A stretch of DNA of 64,000 nt from Nitrospirota bacterium (GCA_040758355.1 JBFLWF010000009.1:30203-94202); one strand, 5' to 3'; counted from the stretch's first letter, positions 33,425-45,021 are shown. Notes: a model not told the origin generated them from the sequence alone. Translations and numbers: made by a program.

Positions 33425-34440
33425 TTTTCCCTCTGCATGGCATATTCGGCCATTATGAGGAGGGCATCTTTTTCTCTGGAAGCAGGAAAGATATTCAATT
33501 CTGATTTTGCCTCATCCACGAGAGAGCGGGCTACCTTTAAGGACTCTTCTATTGCATTGTATTTTGAGAATAACTCCAATATCCTGTTCAATCCAATGTT
33601 TTGGCCGGAGTTTATGCCTGAGTTTGGATTGCCTCCTGACTTCTGGTGGGAACCTGTTTCTTTAATGATATTTTTTATTTCATTCCTTTCCTGCTCCGAT
33701 GCGGTTCTCAGGAGATATATCAGCGGCATGGTAATTTTCCCTTCTTCGAGGTCTTTGCCCAGTCTTTTGCCGAGCTCCTTCTGTTCAGCCACATAATCGA
33801 GCACATCGTCTGCAAGCTGAAACGCAATCCCTGTCTTCATCCCGAATATGGAAAGCGCCATCTCTTTTTCTTCGGGCTGGTTTGCGAGTATTCCGGCTAT
33901 CCTGCATGCTGCTGATATTAAAACTCCGGTCTTTGCGGATATTATTTCAAAATATTCATCCCTTGTTATATCGGGGTCTCCTGTTTTATGGAGCTGGAGG
34001 ATTTCTCCTTCTGTCATCCGTGTTGTGGCCTCTGATAACGCCTCCATTATCTTCTGGTTTTTTTGGGCAACCGCAAGCTTCAGCGCATTTGAATAAAGAA
34101 AATCTCCTGTAAGTATTACGATCTGATTCCCCCAGATGGAGTGTGCCGTTGGCCTGCCCCTTCTTGTTTCTGCACCGTCTATTACATCATCATGCAATAA
34201 AGAGGCAGTGTGGATCGCTTCTATGATTGCTGCAAGCAGCGTGCGATTTTGTCCTTTATAGCCGCAAAGGTCGGCACTGAGCAGCAGGAAGATCGGTCTT
34301 ATTCTCTTTCCGCCGCTGCCGAGGATATGCTGCCCTACCATGGGTATTAGAAATACATTGCTTTTGAATATCCCAAGCAGTTCCTGGTCTACTATCTTCA
34401 ATTCTTCCGAATAATCAGCAAAGATGTCTTTTACATCCAT
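33421..34440 (-). CDS. Polyprenyl diphosphate synthase
   Basis: [32 protein letters not shown]. Confidence 0.93.
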   Translation of the reverse strand: MDVKDIFADYSEELKIVDQELLGIFKSNVFLIPMVGQHILGSGGKRIRPIFLLLSADLCGYKGQNRTLLAAIIEAIHTASLLHDDVIDGAETRRGRPTAHSIWGNQIVILTGDFLYSNALKLAVAQKNQKIMEALSEATTRMTEGEILQLHKTGDPDITRDEYFEIISAKTGVLISAACRIAGILANQPEEKEMALSIFGMKTGIAFQLADDVLDYVAEQKELGKRLGKDLEEGKITMPLIYLLRTASEQERNEIKNIIKETGSHQKSGGNPNSGINSGQNIGLNRILELFSKYNAIEESLKVARSLVDEAKSELNIFPASREKDALLIMAEYAMQREK

Positions 34441-35510
34441 CACCGTATCCTTATGGATTCAATATCCACATCCTCTCTCATTATTTTTTTAATGTCTTGG
34501 GGTCTGAATGCTCCTTTTTCGGTAAAAAAGGCGGTAACATACTTCGCCGGCGTAACATCAAAGGCTAAGTTTATTACATTTACTCCTTCAGGTGCAACCC
34601 TGTGCCCCCAGATTGTTGTCACCTCTTCGGAATGACGCTCCTCGATGGGGATAAGCTCTCCGGAGTTCATGTTGAAGTCTATGCTGCTTATAGGCGCTGC
34701 AACATAAAACGGTATATTGTGCTCTTTGCAAAGCACAGCAACGGTATACGTCCCTATCTTATTCGCCACATCACCGTTCCTCGTTGTCCTGTCTGTTCCC
34801 ACAATGGCGAGGTCAATAACTCCCTTTTTCATCAAAGCGCCTGCAGTATTGTCTGTTATCAATGTTACAGGAATGCCTGCTTGCATAAGCTCCCATGAGG
34901 TCAGCCTCGCTCCCTGCAATACCGGCCTCGTTTCATCAGCAATTACCTGTATATTCTTGCCCTGCTCTTTTGCTATGAGCATGGGTGCTGTAGCTGTGCC
35001 GTAACCTCCTGTGGCAAGGCTGCCTGCATTGCAGTGTGTAAGAATGGTATCTCCGTCTTTTATGAATTCCGCACCCCATCTGCCTATTGCCTTATTTATC
35101 TCGATATCTTCTTCGAGTATCTTTTTTGCCTCATCGATAAGAATCTTTTTTAAGCTGCTGACGGATTCATCCCTTTTTGTGGAAAGCAGTTTCTTTATCC
35201 TTTCGACTGCCCACTTTATGTTTACTGCTGTGGGTCTTGTAGAGAGCATTGTCTGCATGATGGGCTCAAGCCTCTCCATAAAATCGTCATAACTGCCTGC
35301 CTTTATGTCCCGGGCCCCGATGGCAATGCCCATGGCTGCTGCGATACCGATTGCAGGAGCGCCCCTTATCCAGAGCTTCTTTATCCCTTCTGCAACCATC
35401 TGGTAATCGGTGCATTCGATAAACTCCACCTCAAGCGGTAATTTGCTCTGATCAAGCATTATGACAGCGTCATTTTTCCATTCTATGGTTTTTACCATAT
35501 CTCTTGCCAT
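34440..35510 (-). CDS. mtnA: S-methyl-5-thioribose-1-phosphate isomerase
   Basis: IRGAPAIG, RPTAVN, LTHCNAGSLAT, ETRPVLQGARLT, ANKIGTY. Confidence 0.95.
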   Translation of the reverse strand: MARDMVKTIEWKNDAVIMLDQSKLPLEVEFIECTDYQMVAEGIKKLWIRGAPAIGIAAAMGIAIGARDIKAGSYDDFMERLEPIMQTMLSTRPTAVNIKWAVERIKKLLSTKRDESVSSLKKILIDEAKKILEEDIEINKAIGRWGAEFIKDGDTILTHCNAGSLATGGYGTATAPMLIAKEQGKNIQVIADETRPVLQGARLTSWELMQAGIPVTLITDNTAGALMKKGVIDLAIVGTDRTTRNGDVANKIGTYTVAVLCKEHNIPFYVAAPISSIDFNMNSGELIPIEERHSEEVTTIWGHRVAPEGVNVINLAFDVTPAKYVTAFFTEKGAFRPQDIKKIMREDVDIESIRIR

Positions 35511-36751
35511 CAAACCTTTCCTCCCGACGGTATTATTGTTGTAACAACCAGAAATGCAGTAAGACAGATTATCACAACCACGGTTCCCCATGATATATAG
35601 TTATAACTTTTAGGATTCACATATTCTCCCATGAGCGTTTTGTTGTTTATAAGCAAAATGGCGCATACAAGGACAAATGGCAGTAACAGACCATTGACGA
35701 CGGATGAAAGCACCATAAGAAGAACAAGCGGGGCACCGGGAATCAGTATGACTATCGCAGATAGGGTTATTGTCAATGTATAAATCCACATGAACTGAGG
35801 GGCGTCTTTGAAGGTCTTATTAATCCCTGCCTCCCATCCCATGGCCTCGCATATATAATATGCTGTCGCAAGGGGGACTATTATTGCGCCGAGAAGAGAT
35901 GCATTTGCAAGACTCATAGCGAATATAAGAGACGCATAATCCCCGGCAAGGGGTTTAAGGGCAAGTGCTGCCTCTGATGCCTCGTTTATCCTGATGCCGT
36001 GGGGAAACAATAGTGTACCGCAGGTCACGATTATAAAGAAGCTGATAATATCCGTTATTGAACAGCCTATGATTACATCGAGCCTCGATGCCTTGTAGTC
36101 TTCCTTTTTAATTCCCTTTTCTGCAATGGATGACTGGAGATAAAACTGCATCCATGGCGTTATTGTCGTTCCTATAATTGCTATGCTCAGGATGATATAA
36201 TGTGAATCCCATTTTATCTGCGGGACTAATGTGTTTTTTATCACGGTGTCCCATTCTGGTTTTGCAATGATGCCGGATACCACATAGCCGAAATATATGA
36301 GGCATGCGATCAGCAATATTCGCTCTATAAACCTGTAACTTCCTTTTGTGACAAGCATCCATATGGAGACAGCTCCGATGGGAACCATTATATACTTGCT
36401 TATTCCCAGCATTTCCATGCTTGCTGCCCATCCTGCAAAATTGGCGACAGTAGTCCCGAAATTTGCAATAAGGAGACCGAGCATCATGTAGAATGTTGTC
36501 TTTACGCCATAATTCTCCCTTATAAGGTCAGCAAGGCCTTTTCCTGTTATGACGCCCATGCGCGCAACCATCTCCTGTATAACCACGAGGGCGATGGTTG
36601 TGGGAATGAGCGTCCACAGCAGCCCATAGCCGAAACGTGCCCCTGCAACAGAGTATGTTGTTATGCCGCTTGCATCGTTATCTATATTGGCTGTGATGAT
36701 CCCGGGACCCATCACGGCTAAGAATAAAAGGATCCTTTTCCAGAGGGTCAC
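35510..36751 (-). CDS. NRAMP-family divalent metal transporter
   Basis: GPGIITANIDNDASGITTYS, GTTITPWMQF, multiple TMs. Confidence 0.88.
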   Translation of the reverse strand: MTLWKRILLFLAVMGPGIITANIDNDASGITTYSVAGARFGYGLLWTLIPTTIALVVIQEMVARMGVITGKGLADLIRENYGVKTTFYMMLGLLIANFGTTVANFAGWAASMEMLGISKYIMVPIGAVSIWMLVTKGSYRFIERILLIACLIYFGYVVSGIIAKPEWDTVIKNTLVPQIKWDSHYIILSIAIIGTTITPWMQFYLQSSIAEKGIKKEDYKASRLDVIIGCSITDIISFFIIVTCGTLLFPHGIRINEASEAALALKPLAGDYASLIFAMSLANASLLGAIIVPLATAYYICEAMGWEAGINKTFKDAPQFMWIYTLTITLSAIVILIPGAPLVLLMVLSSVVNGLLLPFVLVCAILLINNKTLMGEYVNPKSYNYISWGTVVVIICLTAFLVVTTIIPSGGKV

Positions 36752-38010
36752 ACCTTTCTCCTCTTCCTCTTCGCAGCAGGAGGAAGTATTCTGTCTATAA
36801 TGTCGTCTATGGTGACAATGCCGAGGAGAATTCCTTCATTGTCAACGACCGGCAGGGCAACTAAATTATATTTCGAGATAATTTCAGCCGCCACCATCTC
36901 GTCTGCCTCTGGCGTAACGGTCTTGAGCTTGGTCTCCATAATCCCGGAAAGCTGTGCATTCGGCTCTGCCAGTAATAGTTCCCTGAGGGATGTGGCGCCG
37001 ATGAGTTTTTCATTCTCATCCACAACATAAATGTAATACACGGTCTCTATCTCTTCGGCATCCTTTCTAAAGCCTTCGATGGCCTCTTTTATGGTTATAT
37101 TCGGGGAATATGCGATAAATTCATTGGTCATCAAGCCGCCTGCGGTGTCCTCTTCGTGGCCAAGCAGTTCCTGGATGTCTTCGGCCTCTTCCTTCTCTAT
37201 ATGCTCAAGGATCTCTTTTGCCTTTTCTGCAGGAAGATCGCTCAGCACGTCGGCAGCCTCGTCAGGCGGCATCTCCTCTATGATATCTGCAGCCTTTTCG
37301 GCATCCATGGCATTTATTATATCTGCCTGCATTGCCGGCTTTAATTCTGATAGCGCCTCTGCAGCGGTTTCTATATCGAGGTCTTTGAATAGATGGGCGC
37401 CCTCGTCTCTCGATACCTGACTGATTATTTCGGCAATGTCTGCAGGGTGAAGCTCCGATACCATCTGCCTCGGCACGGTAAGTGCTATGGTCCTCAGCTT
37501 CGGTTTTAGAGGCTGGAGGTAGTTCCAGCTTATCAGGTTATACGGCATGTGCGTCTGAAAGAGCTTAAGAAATCCCTCGCTTCCTCTCTCTATGCCGAGC
37601 CTCCGCAATATACCTCTCATTCCCACATCAACGGCTATCAGTATTGCTTCTCCATCATAGCCTTCGAGCTTGATGTCGTTTGCCCTCACTACCTTTGCTC
37701 CATTGGCGTCAACGATCTGCTTGTCAAGGATATCCCTGACAGCGAGGAGGTCGTCTTCGCTGAGGGTGTAAGGCTCTATAAGACTCGCAGTCAAATATGT
37801 GGAGATAATTCTTTTGTTAAACAGATTGATCTGTTCCCAACCGATCCTGAACAACTGATTTTTTTTCTCCACAATAATTGCAGATACCTTTGGAAGCGGA
37901 TCCCCTTTGACAACAGCAATATCCTTAACCCTTCCTGTAATCTCTCCCTTTGGGTCAAATACGGGTTTTTTAATAATTTCGCTCAGGAATAATTCGCCGA
38001 ATAAAGGCAT
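36748..38010 (-). CDS. PRC-barrel + MgtE N-terminal + CBS-pair protein (no membrane domain)
   Basis: LHPADIAEI, MPPDEAADVL, DTAGGLMT, GIVTIDDI. Confidence 0.85.
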   Translation of the reverse strand: MPLFGELFLSEIIKKPVFDPKGEITGRVKDIAVVKGDPLPKVSAIIVEKKNQLFRIGWEQINLFNKRIISTYLTASLIEPYTLSEDDLLAVRDILDKQIVDANGAKVVRANDIKLEGYDGEAILIAVDVGMRGILRRLGIERGSEGFLKLFQTHMPYNLISWNYLQPLKPKLRTIALTVPRQMVSELHPADIAEIISQVSRDEGAHLFKDLDIETAAEALSELKPAMQADIINAMDAEKAADIIEEMPPDEAADVLSDLPAEKAKEILEHIEKEEAEDIQELLGHEEDTAGGLMTNEFIAYSPNITIKEAIEGFRKDAEEIETVYYIYVVDENEKLIGATSLRELLLAEPNAQLSGIMETKLKTVTPEADEMVAAEIISKYNLVALPVVDNEGILLGIVTIDDIIDRILPPAAKRKRRKV

Positions 38011-38098
38011 AATGAATTAGTATACATCAATTCAAAAAAAATCTTGATTACTTTTTTGGACATGAGTATAATTGTAGAAATTGTAAACTAAAATTTAC

Positions 38099-39985
38099 AT
38101 GAGAGACATACTTAAAAAAATTATAAACCTCCTTACCTTTACCGACCTTCCTGTTCGAAAGAAGTTCCTTTTATTTTCCCTCGGCTCTCTCTTCTGGCTT
38201 GCAGTGATATCTGCTATCGGATTGATTACGATGTTTGACATGAGCGCCAAGTCCAAACTGATGGTTGATATCATCGGGCCTCAGGAAAAGACTGCAAATA
38301 TTGTTGTAAGGAAGCTAAGAGGCGCAAGCATTTCAGCACATAAGATAGTACTTTATAAAGACACAGAAAGAGTTAATAATAATTACCTCAGCGGCAAGGC
38401 ACGTTTGGAGGACTGCCGCTCGTATTTGAAGATACTGCTGACAGGCGGGCGTATAAAGGATTATTCAAGGGGGACCGGCCAGTTTTACAATGAATTTATT
38501 GTTGTGCCATTGAATGATGCTGAAAAGAGGAAATTTATAGAGGATGTTGTTGTTAAGGTCGACCAGCTCGAAGGGATTCTTGCAGAGATGGCAGAGAAAA
38601 AGCTCAGCGGCACAAATGGGGATGCCCTGCAGGAAAAGCTTTCCAATTACGATGTCCTTACAAGAGATACTGTAACTGTCCTGAACGAATATGCCATAAG
38701 CATTGGTAAAGAATGGGGGGCATTTACAGGCATAATAAAGAACAGGTTCAATATAGCCATAGTCCTCATCAGCCTTGCCTTTGGCATTGCAGCAATGCTT
38801 TCCGGCGTTTTTGGAGTGCTCATATCCCGTTCGCTGGCAAAGCCCATTAAGGCGATTATCGGCCAGATAAAGGCATTGTCTTCAGGAGAGGTAGACCTGA
38901 CCAAAAAGCTTGACGTGGCTTCAAAGGACGAGCTCGGCGTGCTATCCAGCGAATTTAACAGATTGATGGATACAATAGGGCATGTGACATCCTTCAAGAA
39001 GATAATAGAAGAGGATGAATCTATAGAAGACATTTATATGCGCCTCGGAAAGATATTTATAGAGGACCTTGGATTTGATAATTGTGTCATGTATGAAGTC
39101 TCGAGCAGTAAAAATAATATGAAGATAGTGTATCCGCCAGAGGCAGAGGGCATCGAGCTGCACTGTAAAAGGGATATTCAACTGGATTGTGAATTGTGCA
39201 GGGTAAAGAGGACAGGACACATGGTTTCATCGGCAGATTATTCTAATATATGCAAATATTACACAGAGGGTGTAAATGATATTCACTACTGCGTTCCCAT
39301 AATGATCGGGGGCAATGTTGGCGGGGTTGTTCAGTTTGTGTGCGGTAAACGAGGCGTATGCGATATAGACGATATAAAGAAGAAGATAAGCAGGGCAAAG
39401 CAGTACATAACAGATGCCCAGCCTGTCCTTGAGGCAAAGCGCCTTATGAAGACATTGAAGGAATCGGCATTCAAGGACGCATTGACAGGTCTTTATAACA
39501 GGAGGTTCCTCGAAGAGAGCTTTGAGAACCTGGTTGCGGGCGCTCTGAGAAGGGGAACGACCCTCGGTCTTTTGATGTGCGATCTGGATTTCTTCAAGCA
39601 GACTAACGATGTTTATGGCCACGACGTGGGAGATATGGTGCTGAAAGAGGCTGCAGGCAATATAAGAAAGAGCGTAAGGACCTCTGACCTTGTTATTCGT
39701 TTTGGAGGGGAGGAGTTTCTGGTATTGCTTATCGATACAAAGCCGGGAGATTCTTTCGATGTAGCCGAGAAGATAAGAGAGAGGATAGAGGAGTCAAAGG
39801 TCAAGATAGCAGGCGGATTTATACAGAAGACCATCAGCATAGGCGTCAGCGAATTCCCGACTGATACGCAGAATTTCTGGGAGGCAATAAAGTTCGCTGA
39901 TGTAGCCCTCTATAAGGCAAAGGAAAGGGGCAGAAACAAGGTCTTGAAATTTGCCATGGATATGTGGGCAGAAGAGAAATACTAA
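38099..39985 (+). CDS. Membrane diguanylate cyclase (HAMP, GAF-like, GGDEF)
   Basis: DALTGLYNRR, DLDFFKQTNDVYGHDVGD, RTSD I-site, RFGGEEF. Confidence 0.93.
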   Translation: MRDILKKIINLLTFTDLPVRKKFLLFSLGSLFWLAVISAIGLITMFDMSAKSKLMVDIIGPQEKTANIVVRKLRGASISAHKIVLYKDTERVNNNYLSGKARLEDCRSYLKILLTGGRIKDYSRGTGQFYNEFIVVPLNDAEKRKFIEDVVVKVDQLEGILAEMAEKKLSGTNGDALQEKLSNYDVLTRDTVTVLNEYAISIGKEWGAFTGIIKNRFNIAIVLISLAFGIAAMLSGVFGVLISRSLAKPIKAIIGQIKALSSGEVDLTKKLDVASKDELGVLSSEFNRLMDTIGHVTSFKKIIEEDESIEDIYMRLGKIFIEDLGFDNCVMYEVSSSKNNMKIVYPPEAEGIELHCKRDIQLDCELCRVKRTGHMVSSADYSNICKYYTEGVNDIHYCVPIMIGGNVGGVVQFVCGKRGVCDIDDIKKKISRAKQYITDAQPVLEAKRLMKTLKESAFKDALTGLYNRRFLEESFENLVAGALRRGTTLGLLMCDLDFFKQTNDVYGHDVGDMVLKEAAGNIRKSVRTSDLVIRFGGEEFLVLLIDTKPGDSFDVAEKIRERIEESKVKIAGGFIQKTISIGVSEFPTDTQNFWEAIKFADVALYKAKERGRNKVLKFAMDMWAEEKY

Positions 39986-40075
39986 GATTTCAGATCTATT
40001 CCTTTTTAAATCTGCTGTCGAAAAAAAAGCATTGTGAATAGTCTCTCAGTCGGCGGCGTGCAGCGCCGCTGCAAC

Positions 40076-40139
40076 GCAACACGTAAAGCTCACCAGGCGC
40101 GGCTGGTAAGTTGTGATCCGGCGAAGCGCTTCGTTATGC
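40076..40139 (-). other. Degenerate integron attC-like site
   Basis: GCATAAC overlapping the stop codon, GCTTCGCCGG/CTGGTGAGC arms, degraded R' (GTGTTGC). Confidence 0.5.
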
Positions 40140-40358
40140 GGTCTTCTGCATTAAACTTTTATCAAGCTCAAGTTCGTAAGAGAGAATTGTTTTAATGTTC
40201 ATCTTCTTGGAAGCATTAAGAATTTCTATCCCGACTATCTTATTTTCAGATGTCGTATCTAAATTAACACCTTCGGTAATCTCAATTACTCCGTCAGGTT
40301 TCTGGTTTCCCAACCTGATATATATCGCGTCAACTTCTTTATCATAATATACTCTCAT
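40134..40358 (-). CDS. DUF2283-family putative antitoxin
   Basis: YDKEVDAIYIRL...IVGIEILNAS. Confidence 0.85.
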   Translation of the reverse strand: MRVYYDKEVDAIYIRLGNQKPDGVIEITEGVNLDTTSENKIVGIEILNASKKMNIKTILSYELELDKSLMQKTA

Positions 40359-40582
40359 TTCTTCCTTCCTTTCTTCATTGGATAGTTTGTTATTACTGTT
40401 ATTAAATCTTCCTCAACAGAGACGACAATCTTCAAGGGATATTTAAATCCAGGAATATCTTTTATAATCTCATGTTCACCCTGATGTAAATTCATGTTCC
40501 TCAAAATGTCTACCACCATTGATTCTGAAATTCCGTAAAGTTTTGCCCGCCTTTTAGCATGCCGTGAAAATTTTATCTTCAC
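40355..40582 (-). CDS. DUF4258-like (RelE-fold) putative toxin
   Basis: FSRHAKRRAKLYGI...ITVITNYP; coupled to DUF2283. Confidence 0.75.
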   Translation of the reverse strand: MKIKFSRHAKRRAKLYGISESMVVDILRNMNLHQGEHEIIKDIPGFKYPLKIVVSVEEDLITVITNYPMKKGRKK

Positions 40583-40658
40583 CGTATCACCTGCTTGAAT
40601 TATAACTTATTTTAAGAAAACAGAGAGGTCAATTTACATAACGACTTGTTATGTGTTT

Positions 40659-40952
40659 TTATGTCATTGATTTCATTAATTCATCCCACTGTTCAGGGAA
40701 ATAGTCTTTAGCTTTCCATAATAGCCCTATTGGGTCTGTTAGCAAGACATCGAAGATAAATTTGTTTTCTTGACTTTCGCCGTTAAATGCGACAGCAACT
40801 GCACGTTCAAAGTCTCTCCACCCCGGCAAGGTCCGTCCTTGTTTCTGCGCAAGCATTCCTGATCCATCTTGATACGTGCTAAGAAGAAGCCGGAACTTTT
40901 CAACTGTCGTTGGTGGTCTATCAACAAGTGCCAACTGCATAATATTAGTCAC
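40659..40952 (-). pseudogene. Probable internally deleted restriction endonuclease
   Basis: 97 aa, coupled to the C-protein gene and divergent from an MTase; WRDFERAVA..K.IFDV fragment. Confidence 0.5.
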
Positions 40953-41205
40953 CTTTCTTTTTTTGCATAAGATCTATTTCATCCTTGAGGAGTTCATCTG
41001 TTGTCACCCCATAAATTCGTGAAACAGATAATACAAACTCAACCGTAGGTAATTTTTTCCCAGCTTCTAATTCACTCAAATAGCCATGCGCACTATAACC
41101 AAGGGACTCAGCAAACTGTTGCAACGTTAGATTTTCCCTCAGTCGCAAGACCCTGAGTTTCTCGCCAAAACGTTGTAAATCAGATTTAGCTTTTCCTCTT
41201 GACAT
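40945..41205 (-). CDS. XRE-family HTH regulator (R-M controller-like)
   Basis: FGEKLRVLR..LTLQQFA..YLSELEAGKK.PT. Confidence 0.85.
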   Translation of the reverse strand: MSRGKAKSDLQRFGEKLRVLRLRENLTLQQFAESLGYSAHGYLSELEAGKKLPTVEFVLSVSRIYGVTTDELLKDEIDLMQKKKGD

Positions 41206-41248
41206 TCTATTAATCCCAGCGGTATATTGTCTCCAATAGAGACAATAT
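41199..41248. promoter_or_regulatory. Divergent promoter region with palindromic operator
   Basis: TTGACA..TATATT toward the MTase; ATATTGTCTC-N5-GAGACAATAT (41224-41248). Confidence 0.6.
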
Positions 41249-42221
41249 GAATTTCGCTACGCAACATAAAGAAAATCTGATTTCTGGAAAAACTTCCAAC
41301 TTGGCCATGCTCAATAGTCCCATTAAATGGGTTGGCGGCAAGTCACGGTTACGAAAAAACATAATCGAGTTATTGCCTCCTCATACGTGCTATGTAGAAG
41401 TTTTTGGCGGTGCTGCTTGGGTTCTTTTTGGCAAACCGCCAAGTGATGTTGAAGTACTCAATGACATTGACCAAGAATTAATTAATTTCTTTCGTGTCGT
41501 GCGCGAACAACCGGAAGAGTTTATCACCTCCTTTGACCTTGAACTTGTTTCACGTGCAGAGTTCCAAAGATTATCATCTTTAGACCATAGTCAACTTACC
41601 AATATCCAAAGAGCCCACCGATTTTACTACCTCATAATGGCCGGGTGGGGCGGCGAGTTAAACTATCCGCGATTCCAGACTAGTATAACAGATGGAGGTC
41701 ATGGGAATAGACTTATTGGAGCATTGCAGACACTCCGAAAACGTATCGAGCCTATTCACAAACGACTCCAAACCGTTATCATTGAAAACCTATCATGGAG
41801 CGATTGTATAGATAGATATGATCGTCAAGGAACCATTATGTATATTGATCCTCCTTATCCAAATAATGGAGTAAACTATTATCACAATATGCGAAGCTGG
41901 AATCAACATGAGCATCTGGCAAGCCGCCTAAATCAGGCTTCATGTTTTTGGATTCTCTCGTCATATGATTCAAAAGAGGTGCATACGCTTTTTAAGGATC
42001 ATTTTTTTACCTATGTAACTTCTGCTTCGGGAATGAAGGCGAAAAAGAATGGTAAAGATCGTGTTCTAAATAAGGAAGTTCTTATAACTAATTTCCCGCC
42101 CTCAAAAGAGGCTTTTTCCCAAAAGCGCCGATGGGACGGAGACGGCTTCCTTTTAGTCCTTTATTCCGTCTCCGTCCCATCATATAATATACCAACCTGC
42201 CTTTTGCTGAAGATATGTTAA
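41247..42221 (+). CDS. Dam/D12-class N6-adenine DNA methyltransferase
   Basis: SPIKWVGGK, YVEVFGG, LNDID, YIDPPY, EVLITNF. Confidence 0.92.
   Translation: MNFATQHKENLISGKTSNLAMLNSPIKWVGGKSRLRKNIIELLPPHTCYVEVFGGAAWVLFGKPPSDVEVLNDIDQELINFFRVVREQPEEFITSFDLELVSRAEFQRLSSLDHSQLTNIQRAHRFYYLIMAGWGGELNYPRFQTSITDGGHGNRLIGALQTLRKRIEPIHKRLQTVIIENLSWSDCIDRYDRQGTIMYIDPPYPNNGVNYYHNMRSWNQHEHLASRLNQASCFWILSSYDSKEVHTLFKDHFFTYVTSASGMKAKKNGKDRVLNKEVLITNFPPSKEAFSQKRRWDGDGFLLVLYSVSVPSYNIPTCLLLKIC
42130..42181. repeat. Perfect 16-bp inverted repeat inside the MTase 3' end
   Basis: GATGGGACGGAGACGG-N20-CCGTCTCCGTCCCATC. Confidence 0.8.
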
Positions 42222-42327
42222 CACAAAGAGGCACGATGCTAAAGAAAAAATCACTTAACCAATCGAATTTTCACGCAGTACTTGGTATTTTGCGATAATA
42301 TGGACTAAAAGCGAAAGGTTGTAAAAT

Positions 42328-42495
42328 ATGACAAAATCGTCTGGCTCTAAGACTGCAAGGAACTATCAGGTTCAGGGCATTAAAAAATCGGTTAAAGCGG
42401 CTGATCGGCCTGATGCAAAATTCGTCGACCATGAAAAAGTTGCTGAGTGGCTCGATAGCTGGGGGACAGAAAATGAACTGGAGCCTCCAAAATAG
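42328..42495 (+). CDS. 55-aa ORF resembling the C-terminal half of an RHH/CopG-type antitoxin (below track cutoff)
   Basis: [14 protein letters not shown]...[24 protein letters not shown]. Confidence 0.55.
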   Translation: MTKSSGSKTARNYQVQGIKKSVKAADRPDAKFVDHEKVAEWLDSWGTENELEPPK

Positions 42496-42531
42496 AAGAC
42501 AGGATTGATTCGGTTATTCGAAGGAATTGTA

Positions 42532-42616
42532 TGGTGCCGAAGGCGGGACTCGAACCCGCATGGATTGCTCCACACGCCCCTCAAACGTGCGTGTCTACCA
42601 GTTCCACCACTTCGGC
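42532..42616 (-). tRNA. tRNA-Leu(GAG)
   Basis: GCCGAAG...CTTCGGC-A-CCA, TTGAGGG anticodon loop, long variable arm. Confidence 0.96.
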
Positions 42617-42650
42617 GTCCTATCAATATACCAGTTAAGAGCTAATCTTT

Positions 42651-43358
42651 TCAAGTATTCTGTTTAGGCATTGACCGTGCTAAAGCAATAACGGTAACGC
42701 TCTTTGCGCCGGCCTTTATCAATGCCTTTGCACATTCTCTTACTGTAGCGCCTGTGGTTATAACATCGTCGATCAATAATAAATCCAGGCCATTTATTTC
42801 CTCGTATGTTCTGAAGACATTTTTAATGTTTTTAAGCCTTTCTTTTCCTGTAACATCTGTTTGTGGAGGTGTTTCTTTGGTTTTTTTCAGGACATCCAGC
42901 ATCAATGGGATTTTCAAATTTTTTGACAGATGTCGGCTGATGGAGGCAGTCTGGTTGAATTCCCTTTGATGAAGCCTCTTGTGGTGCAATGGAACTGGAA
43001 TAATTCCATCGGCTTTTGGAATGGGCAATTCAGAGAGCATTAAGCTCAGAGGTTTTGAGAGTCTTTTTACTCCGTTGAATTTCAGGAGATGAATGGCTTC
43101 TTTCAATGCCCCATCGTAAATGCCGTAATACAAAACCCTTGAAAAAGGAGGTTTTGTTTTCAGGCATGACTCGCAGGTTATTGTAAGAGACGATACTGTT
43201 GGTATTCCGCATATGTTGCAAGCGGGCCCTGAATATTTTTCAATTCCTCTCCAGCACTTTGTACAGAATGGATTATAGAGATGATCATCTGACTTGTTTC
43301 CGCAGACAGGACATTTTGAGGGGAAAAGCAGGTTTAGTAATGCGCCAAGATATTTCAT
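42651..43358 (-). CDS. comF: ComF-family protein (zinc ribbon + PRTase)
   Basis: CxxC pairs, IIPVPLH..R..QREFNQ, LLIDDVITTGAT. Confidence 0.9.
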   Translation of the reverse strand: MKYLGALLNLLFPSKCPVCGNKSDDHLYNPFCTKCWRGIEKYSGPACNICGIPTVSSLTITCESCLKTKPPFSRVLYYGIYDGALKEAIHLLKFNGVKRLSKPLSLMLSELPIPKADGIIPVPLHHKRLHQREFNQTASISRHLSKNLKIPLMLDVLKKTKETPPQTDVTGKERLKNIKNVFRTYEEINGLDLLLIDDVITTGATVRECAKALIKAGAKSVTVIALARSMPKQNT

Positions 43359-43362
43359 CCTG

Positions 43363-43568
43363 AATTACACAAGTATTGCTCAGCATATGGCAGCAGGTGT
43401 GCTGAAAAGACTTTACACTTCGAAATATTGTAAGGCATTTTCTTGAATCTGTCACCTACTACATTGCTATCTATTTAGGTAAAAGCGTTAATAGTCTTCT
43501 GATATGCATAAAAAACAACGACTTTGTAAAGGCTTTGATGCACACCTGCTGCTATATCTTGCATAATT
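43363..43568 (-). repeat. ~200-nt long-palindromic element, subfamily A copy 1, with 37-bp end duplication at 43618-43654
   Basis: TATGGCAGCAGGTGTGC...GCACACCTGCTGCTATA; close match to 54580-54785. Confidence 0.85.
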
Positions 43569-43647
43569 TGGTTTAAAACCTTGTTGTAGGTTTTGTTTTG
43601 GGGTGTTTTTCAGTGTGCACCTGCTGCTATATCTTGCATAATTTGGT

Positions 43648-44994
<1,347 letters not shown>

Positions 44995-45021
44995 TTAACC
45001 CCAGCCTCAACCTTAACCTTT

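Noticed and set aside
40000..42531. Prophage or intact integrative element at tRNA-Leu
   Set aside because: No integrase or phage genes, and I found no duplicated tRNA 3' end; only decayed cargo remains.
42372..42626. 84-aa minus-strand ORF
   Set aside because: Overlaps tRNA-Leu; shadow ORF.
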